Assembly (NCBI GenBank): GCA_049970495.1
Contig: JBMFMV010000012.1
Coordinates: 1 to 33,486 of the forward strand
Direction of reading: 5' to 3'
Source: a bacterium
Lineage (GTDB): Bacteria; DUMJ01
Length of the DNA stretch: 33,486 bases
Both the position numbers and the translations under genes were made by a program. Every line of letters begins with the position of its first letter. Position 1 is the first letter of the stretch. The notes beneath the pieces are model-generated. The model was not told the origin of the DNA. It saw only the letters and a list, made by a program, of their open reading frames with translations, and did not search any database. Positions 18,392 to 25,043 of the stretch are shown here, one piece after another.

Positions 18392-18445
18392 TGTAATGCT
18401 TTATATTACAAAGAAATTATAACATCAAGATTAATATCTTTTCAA
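18392..18445 (-). promoter_or_regulatory. Sigma70-type promoter of the ABC operon with a downstream palindromic operator candidate
   Basis: Minus strand: TTGAAA (18445-18440), 18-nt spacer ending TGT, TATAAT (18421-18416), then TGTAAT-N7-ATTACA at 18392-18410 over the predicted +1. Confidence 0.65.
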
Positions 18446-18512
18446 TAGCTATATTTGTATTTTGTAAAGAATTATGGTAAGCTCTATCTAAAAAAGAAAG
18501 GAGAAAGGGACG

Positions 18513-19715
18513 TTGCTCAGCAGAATTAAGGGTAATGCAAGGGCTTGCTTAATATTTGAAGCTATGTGGGTTGTTCCTTTCAATATGTTTGCTACCTATG
18601 CCTCCGTGTATATGTTATCTCTAGGGCTTAAAGAGACACAAATAGGACTCCTTACCTCCATAAATCTTGTTCTTCAGATATTTACCTCATTTATAAGTGG
18701 GCATCTTACAGATAGGCTAGGAAGAAGAACGGCTCTACTTATATTTGATATAGTCAGTTGGAGTATTGCCACTCTTATATGGGCAATAGCCCAAAACTTC
18801 TGGTATTTTCTAGCTGCAGTTATAGTAAATAGTTTTCAAAAGATACCCAATACCGCATGGAATTGCCTCTTAGTAGAAGATACAGAGCCCGAAAACAGAT
18901 CAGCAATATTCACTATCCTACAGATAATATCTGTTATATCTGGGTTCTTTGCACCACTTGGAGGGTTACTAGTAAGTAGGCTTACCCTAGTACCTGCTGT
19001 AAGGCTTATGTATCTTATTGCCTGTATAAGTATGACAGTAATGTTCTTTGGCAGAAATGCCATTACTTATGATACAGAGATAAGTATTAAGAAAAAATTG
19101 GAAAGTAGAGGGATAAATTTCAGAGAAAGCCTAAAGGAGTATAAGGAGGTACTAAAAGAGATAATAAACAACAAGCCATTAATGATTATAGTCGGTGTCT
19201 ACATACTAAACAATTTTCAGATGGCGATAAGGGGAACTTACCTGTCTATATACTTAGTAAATGCACTCAAGATAAAAGATTCACTTATTGGCTTATTTCC
19301 TGCATTTTCATCAGTTGCTATGCTAATCTTACTTTTTCTAGCAATACCTAGATTCAAAGAAGAGTATTCTATTAATTATATGATAATAGGCTTTGTAATA
19401 TCTATGCTAGCCAATATAATACTAATACTACTTCCTCCTAGAAATATACTTGGAGTGATAGTTGCTACGATGCTTTCTGCTGGTGGAAATATAATAACTA
19501 ATCCTTATCTAGAATCAAGTGTAGCTAACCTTATCTCTGATGAAAATAGAGCTAAGTCATTAGCTATTCTAACAGTAATACTTTTAGTCTTTATATCCCC
19601 TGCTGGAATTATTGGAGGTCTAGCATACAGTGTTAATCCAAAGATACCTTTCATATTAATTACTCTAGCATTTTTAATAAACGAAGGACTCCTTTTACTT
19701 TTTAAAAGAAGATAG
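18513..19715 (+). CDS. MFS transporter
   Basis: About 400 aa, two hydrophobic halves with a hydrophilic central loop, motif A GHLTDRLGRR; TTG start. Confidence 0.88.
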   Translation: MLSRIKGNARACLIFEAMWVVPFNMFATYASVYMLSLGLKETQIGLLTSINLVLQIFTSFISGHLTDRLGRRTALLIFDIVSWSIATLIWAIAQNFWYFLAAVIVNSFQKIPNTAWNCLLVEDTEPENRSAIFTILQIISVISGFFAPLGGLLVSRLTLVPAVRLMYLIACISMTVMFFGRNAITYDTEISIKKKLESRGINFRESLKEYKEVLKEIINNKPLMIIVGVYILNNFQMAIRGTYLSIYLVNALKIKDSLIGLFPAFSSVAMLILLFLAIPRFKEEYSINYMIIGFVISMLANIILILLPPRNILGVIVATMLSAGGNIITNPYLESSVANLISDENRAKSLAILTVILLVFISPAGIIGGLAYSVNPKIPFILITLAFLINEGLLLLFKRR

Positions 19716-19759
19716 AATTTATCTCTAAATCAGCCTCTTTGAAATAAATTTTCACCAAT

Positions 19760-19792
19760 AAAAACAATAGGGACCTTAGCGGTCCCTATTGT
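19760..19792 (-). terminator. Intrinsic terminator with T-tail on the minus strand
   Basis: Minus strand ACAATAGGGACC-GCTAA-GGTCCCTATTGT-TTTT; on the plus strand the stem is followed by AAGGGGGG (no T-tail). Confidence 0.75.
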
Positions 19793-19853
19793 AAGGGGGG
19801 TAGGTCATATGATGAGGTTACCTAGACTGCTAAGTTATCTATCAATTTAACAA
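19760..19853 (-). ncRNA. Putative small regulatory RNA (~95 nt) with C-rich anti-SD-like motif
   Basis: Minus-strand -10 TATACT (19864-19859), CCTACCCCCC motif, and a 12-bp hairpin plus T-run oriented for the minus strand where no minus-strand gene exists. Confidence 0.55.
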
Positions 19854-19873
19854 TGACTAGTATAGGAATAATA

Positions 19874-19914
19874 TGTTAAGAAAAGATTAAGATATGGTTA
19901 AGAAAATGTTAAGA
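19874..19914. promoter_or_regulatory. Four TTAAGA direct repeats with exact 11-bp period (OmpR/PhoB-type response regulator site candidate)
   Basis: TTAAGA at 19876, 19887, 19898 and 19909; the minus strand reads TCTTAACA, TCTTAACC, TCTTAATC, TCTTAACA. Confidence 0.7.
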
Positions 19915-20005
19915 TTATATCTATTGACTTTATAGACTAATGAATGATAACCTATTAATTGAATTATGCCCTTGCCTACTCTTAAAAATAAGGAGGGAAG
20001 AAATA

Positions 20006-20179
20006 ATGGCTAAAAGGTGCAGTATATGTGGAAAGGGTCCTATATACGGTAATAATGTAAGCCACTCCAATAGAAGGACCCGTAGACGTTGGTTACCTAA
20101 TTTACAGAAGGTTAAAAGAGTTATAAATGGAGAGATTAAGAGGATTTACGTCTGTACAGACTGCTTAAAATCCCTATAA
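20006..20179 (+). CDS. rpmB: 50S ribosomal protein L28 (Zn-binding CxxC form)
   Basis: [34 protein letters not shown]...[18 protein letters not shown] places the start at 20006, not 19940. Confidence 0.95.
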   Translation: MAKRCSICGKGPIYGNNVSHSNRRTRRRWLPNLQKVKRVINGEIKRIYVCTDCLKSL

Positions 20180-20180
20180 A

Positions 20181-21380
20181 ATGATTCTACTTGAAAAAAT
20201 AAAGGAGGCAAGGGCACTCTTAACCAAAATTGTGCATAAGACTCCACTTATCTATTCTAGTACCCTTTCAGAGTGGACCTCACATTCGATATATCTCAAG
20301 TGTGAAAATTTTCAGAAAACAGGTTCATTTAAAGTAAGAGGTGCCTATTTTAAGATATCACAACTCTCAGAAAGTGAAAAAACAAAGGGTATTATAGCCT
20401 GCTCTGCAGGAAATCATGCACAAGGGGTGGCTTATGCCAGTTCAAAGTTAGGTATAGATTCTGTCATAGTTATGCCTGAGTTTGCCTCTATTAGCAAGAT
20501 AGAAGCAACTAAAGGTTATGGAAGTAAAATTATCCTATATGGCAGGACATTTGATGAATCTCAGGAAAAGGCTTTAGAGATAGCAAAAGAAACGGGAAGG
20601 ATATTTATCTCTCCCTATGACGATCCAGATGTTATAGCAGGTCAAGGCACTATAGCACTGGAGATTTTAGAACAGCTTCCAAACGTAGATATGATAATAG
20701 TACCTATTGGGGGAGGCGGATTAATCTCTGGAATAGCATCTGTAGTAAAAAGTATAGATCCTAAAATAAGAGTAATTGGAGTTCAGACTAAGGCGGTTCC
20801 TAGTGTATATAACATAATATCTAAAGGTAAGATAGAGGATATAACCTGTGAGACAATAGCCGATGGAATTGCAGTTAAAAAACCTGGAAAGATTACTCTA
20901 GAAATAATTTCAAAGCTGGTAGATGACATTGTTCTTGTAGAAGAGGAAGAAATTGCTGGAGCCATCCTCTTTTTAATGGAAAGGTGTAAGATGATAGTGG
21001 AAGGGGCTGGAGCGGTAAGTGTATCTGCCATTATATATGACAAAATTCTTCTTAAGAGCAATGTAGTTGCCATATTGAGCGGTGGAAATATTGATGTAAA
21101 TCTTATCTCTACAATAATTGAACATGGATTAACCAAATCTGGTAGAAGATTAAAGTTTATAACTGCTATACCCGATAGACCTGGTGAGCTTCATAAGCTT
21201 TTGAGTATAATAGCCAACATTGGCGCAAATATAATATCCATATATCATGAGAGATTAAATCCAATAGTCCCTATAGGGTTAGTTGAGGTAGAGATATCGG
21301 TAGAGACGAGAAATAAAGAACATAGTGAGGAGTTAGTTTCTGCTATAAAATCTGCTGGTTATAAACTAACTGTAATATGA
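20181..21380 (+). CDS. ilvA: Threonine ammonia-lyase (medium form, single C-terminal ACT domain)
   Basis: LKCENFQKTGSFKVRGA (PLP Lys), SAGNHAQGVA, PIGGGGLISG, LSGGNID and ACT domain (PDRPGEL...VETRN). Confidence 0.92.
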   Translation: MILLEKIKEARALLTKIVHKTPLIYSSTLSEWTSHSIYLKCENFQKTGSFKVRGAYFKISQLSESEKTKGIIACSAGNHAQGVAYASSKLGIDSVIVMPEFASISKIEATKGYGSKIILYGRTFDESQEKALEIAKETGRIFISPYDDPDVIAGQGTIALEILEQLPNVDMIIVPIGGGGLISGIASVVKSIDPKIRVIGVQTKAVPSVYNIISKGKIEDITCETIADGIAVKKPGKITLEIISKLVDDIVLVEEEEIAGAILFLMERCKMIVEGAGAVSVSAIIYDKILLKSNVVAILSGGNIDVNLISTIIEHGLTKSGRRLKFITAIPDRPGELHKLLSIIANIGANIISIYHERLNPIVPIGLVEVEISVETRNKEHSEELVSAIKSAGYKLTVI

Positions 21381-21410
21381 ATGAGACAGGACGTCTCCTG
21401 TCTCATTCAT
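21377..21410. terminator. 15-bp stem-loop between convergent genes
   Basis: ATGAATGAGACAGGA-CGTC-TCCTGTCTCATTCAT; includes the ilvA stop codon; no clear T-tail. Confidence 0.65.
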
Positions 21411-21416
21411 TAGTTA

Positions 21417-23288
21417 CTAGGCCATTTCCCAGGGGAATTTACACTCTATAAGATCTGCTAAGCCATGAGAGAATCTATCACCAGAAGAAACAATAAAGTG
21501 AGCCTCAATTGGTTTTTCTCTTCTTTCTATCTTTATTAATACCTGATTCCAGCCCTCTCTAAAGTTAGATACTACATAACTTCTCCCATCACCGCCATAG
21601 TTTGGTCTGAGAATCCCTTCTGTCTTTACCTCGTGAATCTTTTCTCCATTTAGCCACATCTTAAACGGACAGTTAGAAGGTAAACCTAATCTAACAGGTC
21701 TAGCAGTTGGAGAATAGATATAGTGTCTTAGATATATTATTCCAGGTTTATTATTAAAGTACTGTTCAACCAAAAGCTCATTTTCGTCAAAATTTACTAT
21801 CGTCCAGTTTTCTCCTAGACCGCTAGGGTTCGTATCTTTCTCTATTGGCGTCTCTGTATCTATATCCCCATTAAATCTAGAAGAAATTAGCCATCTGTTT
21901 GAACCCAAATATACAACTGGAATCTCAGGGATACAAGGCCTATCTTTTATAGAGACCAGTATACTTCCACGATTAGAGGTCTCTATATATTTCACATCAT
22001 AGACTGATAAAGAGAATGAAAGCGTACATTTTTCTCTGGGCTTTAAAATGATCTTTTCCTCTTCAGGGGTTACCCTCCATCCTTTAGGAAATTCACAACT
22101 AATCTTAGCTTCTATAACTTCAGGATGAGGATTTTCTACAACAAGATCAAATCTTTTCTCTTTTCCAAATTGAATAGCAGGGTTATCTATATAGTCTACA
22201 GAAGCTTTAATAGTCTTTAGGTCATAATTTATCCTTGTAGGTGGAATATACCAGAGCTGTTTGACCTCTTCTTTAGGGATAAAGGGATTTGACTCATCCT
22301 CATAGAGAGCTAGTATCTTTTTCCCTATCCTACATACCCTCTTGGTTAATTCGTCTAAATTCTTTGGTTCTTTTATATTCTTTATCCCGCCCCAGCTCGC
22401 ATTTGTAACAATTTTATCACTTAAAGGCTCTATCCACTTAGAAGGAAGACCATCTTTACCGAGAATTATTCCTAGTATAGAACCTAGGGTAGCCCCAGTA
22501 CAGTCTGTATCATATCCACAGTTCACCGCTTTACATATCGCATCTCCAAAATCTTCTCCATACAGAAATCCTATAGTCTGAAAACCAAGGTTCACCGGCG
22601 AGTATTGTGCTATTGGACTGTAAGAATTTCTCAGGACAAAATTTCTCGCCTCCTTCCAATCCATACCCCTTTGATAGGCAGTTATAGCATTTTTTATAGC
22701 CTTTGCCGTCTCACAATTCTCTGGGATAAATGATAATCCAATCTCAAGTAGTTTCATCCTATCAGAGATAACAAATGCAGCCGACTCTACTACTGCATTA
22801 AAAATTTCTCCGTATACTGACTCTCCTCCAGCATGATCTACTATTGCATCCTCATAGGCATACCTAGCTGCAACATTCGGCAGTCCGGGTGCAATACAAG
22901 CCCAAATCTCAGAACGTATTGGACTCCCCATACAGTGTTTAAACCAGTTATTAAAATAGCCAGATACAGGTGGTACTAAACCTTTTTTAAGATTTGTCTT
23001 GTTTAAGCCATATTCATCAAAGTTATATGCAATATAGTCTAGCCAATATTCTGCTAGGTCTCTAGCAGTAATATCTAATCCTCTTTCTTCGAGAGCCATA
23101 AGCCATATCAACTGTAACTCAAGGTCATCATTGGGAAGCCCACCCTCCTGTAGTTTTGGGTACCACCATACATCAAACATCTCTTCTTTACCCCACATAT
23201 TCTCAAGGGGGGTACCTAGTGTTCCTCCTGCATTCTTACCAAGCCAACATCCATAAACTTTATTATAGTATTCCTGTTCTGATATCAT
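21417..23288 (-). CDS. ADP-ribosylglycohydrolase-family protein with C-terminal beta-rich accessory domains
   Basis: KVYGCWLGKNAGGTLGTPLE, PNDDL, MGSPIRSEIW, DAIVDH and GYDTDCTGAT; roughly 290 extra C-terminal residues. Confidence 0.85.
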   Translation of the reverse strand: MISEQEYYNKVYGCWLGKNAGGTLGTPLENMWGKEEMFDVWWYPKLQEGGLPNDDLELQLIWLMALEERGLDITARDLAEYWLDYIAYNFDEYGLNKTNLKKGLVPPVSGYFNNWFKHCMGSPIRSEIWACIAPGLPNVAARYAYEDAIVDHAGGESVYGEIFNAVVESAAFVISDRMKLLEIGLSFIPENCETAKAIKNAITAYQRGMDWKEARNFVLRNSYSPIAQYSPVNLGFQTIGFLYGEDFGDAICKAVNCGYDTDCTGATLGSILGIILGKDGLPSKWIEPLSDKIVTNASWGGIKNIKEPKNLDELTKRVCRIGKKILALYEDESNPFIPKEEVKQLWYIPPTRINYDLKTIKASVDYIDNPAIQFGKEKRFDLVVENPHPEVIEAKISCEFPKGWRVTPEEEKIILKPREKCTLSFSLSVYDVKYIETSNRGSILVSIKDRPCIPEIPVVYLGSNRWLISSRFNGDIDTETPIEKDTNPSGLGENWTIVNFDENELLVEQYFNNKPGIIYLRHYIYSPTARPVRLGLPSNCPFKMWLNGEKIHEVKTEGILRPNYGGDGRSYVVSNFREGWNQVLIKIERREKPIEAHFIVSSGDRFSHGLADLIECKFPWEMA

Positions 23289-23291
23289 ATA

Positions 23292-24407
23292 CTAACCTCC
23301 TGATAAAAGTTTCTTTTTTAATTTCATATAGTAGAGAAAATTTTCATAAGATATATCAGGTGGAAAGGTATGGTCTAGATGAGGTATATATCCACCAAAT
23401 TCTAATAGATATGGTACTTTGCTGTACAATTCCTTCTCTATGGAAGCCTTATCTTTGGTAAGTTCTCTTTTATCTATGCCTCCAAGTAAGACTAAGTCTT
23501 TCCCATACTCCTTACGAAGTTTAATTGGGTCCATTCCTGCTGCCTGTTCTAGGGGCCAGATACCATTAATACCCGCTTCAAGCATATGAGGTATTAAGAC
23601 CTCAAAATTTCCATCGCTATCAACCCAGAAGTACTTGACCCCATATTTCCTAAAATGCTCAACTACCCTTCTTACTCTAGGGGCAAAAAATTCTTTGTAT
23701 ATCCTTGGAGATATCAATGGTCCACCCTTACCGGCAAAATCCTCTGAAAAGTTAAAATAATCAATCTGAACGCTAGAGAGAGCCTTAGTACTCAGTTCTA
23801 TTATAAAATCTGCTATAAAGTCTAACATCTCATGAACTAAATTTGGATCATCATAGAACATATAGGAAAGATTTTCTGTTCCAACCCATTCTCTTAAGGT
23901 CCAATAGAATCCTATCTGGGCATTTGTAAAAAGACATAAAGGATAATCTCTATCCTTCCACAATCTTACCATTTCGTCCCACCACATAGGATACCTTATA
24001 GGAGAATTCGGATTATAACGTCTCTTAAGCTCTTCAAAGTCTTTTTTATTTTTTACTGGAAAATCTAGATACTGGTCCATAGAAGGTCTCGTCCCCATTA
24101 CAGTTCCCTCTTTCATAGCCTTTCTAACACGCCCTACTCCATCTCTAAAGATAACATATCTATCAGTCTCTTCTAGTATCTCTTCATCAAATCTTGGAAT
24201 CATTCCAGCGTTAATAGGTATAAAACCTCTCCTATCTATTTCGAAATAAGGTTCTCCTTCAAACCAGTTCCAATAACAGACATCCTTTGGAAGCCCTTCA
24301 TTATACCATCTCTCTATCGTCTGCCCCCAGACACCTAGCTCATAGTTAGGGACTCTATCTGCCGGCTTAAACTGCATAATATTCAGGAATCTTTCTCTAT
24401 CAGTCAT
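23292..24407 (-). CDS. Uroporphyrinogen decarboxylase-like (UroD/MtaA-CmuA superfamily) protein of unknown function
   Basis: MTDRERFL...DRVP, SEDFAGKGGPLISP, VDSDGN, GGIDKR and GGYIPHLDHTFPPDISYENF. Confidence 0.82.
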   Translation of the reverse strand: MTDRERFLNIMQFKPADRVPNYELGVWGQTIERWYNEGLPKDVCYWNWFEGEPYFEIDRRGFIPINAGMIPRFDEEILEETDRYVIFRDGVGRVRKAMKEGTVMGTRPSMDQYLDFPVKNKKDFEELKRRYNPNSPIRYPMWWDEMVRLWKDRDYPLCLFTNAQIGFYWTLREWVGTENLSYMFYDDPNLVHEMLDFIADFIIELSTKALSSVQIDYFNFSEDFAGKGGPLISPRIYKEFFAPRVRRVVEHFRKYGVKYFWVDSDGNFEVLIPHMLEAGINGIWPLEQAAGMDPIKLRKEYGKDLVLLGGIDKRELTKDKASIEKELYSKVPYLLEFGGYIPHLDHTFPPDISYENFLYYMKLKKKLLSGG

Positions 24408-24547
24408 AAGTTTACCTCCAAAATCTAAACTAGTTCTCTATTATATTGATATGAAGATTAATAAAAGTCAATACTGATAGAAAGTCTATTTTTGATATAA
24501 TAAAAAATTATCCCCAAAATACTAATCAATTACCAAGGAGGGTTACT

Positions 24548-24969
24548 ATGAATAAAGTAGAAGAAGTGGTTAAGACCTTTGAGAGTGGATTTAACTGCTC
24601 TCAAGCAGTTATTTCTACTTATGCTCCAGACCTAGGTTTAAAAAGAGAATTAGCACTTCTAGTCTCAAGCGGCTTTGGTGGTGGATTGGGAAGGATAGGC
24701 GAAGTATGCGGAGCAGTAACTGGAGCAATTATGGCATTAGGGCTCAAATATGGATTTACTACTTTTAGTAGTGAGGCAAAAGAAGAAGTTCACAATATAG
24801 TGAGAGAATATATAGCTAGATTCAAGGAGAAAAATAGTTCGATATTATGCAGAGAATTACTTGGCGCAGATATTAATACCCCAGATGGAAAAAAAGAATT
24901 CATACTATATATCCCAAGATAGTCAGGGATTCAGCAGAGATATTAGAGGAGATGCTAGATACTGTATAG
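24548..24969 (+). pseudogene. C_GCAxxG_C_C-family putative redox protein, frameshifted near the 3' end
   Basis: GFNCSQA, GEVCGAVTG and ILCRELLG; the frame ends at 24922, but the family-like C-terminus (HTIYPKIVRDSAEILEEMLDTV*) continues in another frame from 24901 to 24969. Confidence 0.78.
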
Positions 24970-25043
24970 AACTATTTGACAGCACTATCTGCTATAGCCT
25001 TTATTAGTACCTGTATAAAAATCCTACCACATGAACAATGGAT

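Noticed and set aside
19874..19914. Short repeats as a CRISPR array
   Set aside because: Hexamer units with 5-nt spacers are far too short, and there are no cas genes.
19940..20005. N-terminal extension of L28 given by the ORF track
   Set aside because: L28 homology and the AAGGAGG RBS place the start at 20006; the extension overlaps the likely promoter and leader.
21377..21410. GAGACAGG...CCTGTCTC hairpin as a mobile repeat
   Set aside because: It is reminiscent of dispersed palindromic repeats, but there is a single copy here and a terminator role between convergent genes explains it.
23292..24407. Calling this gene hemE
   Set aside because: No HemE W(F/L)MRQAGR motif and no tetrapyrrole gene context.
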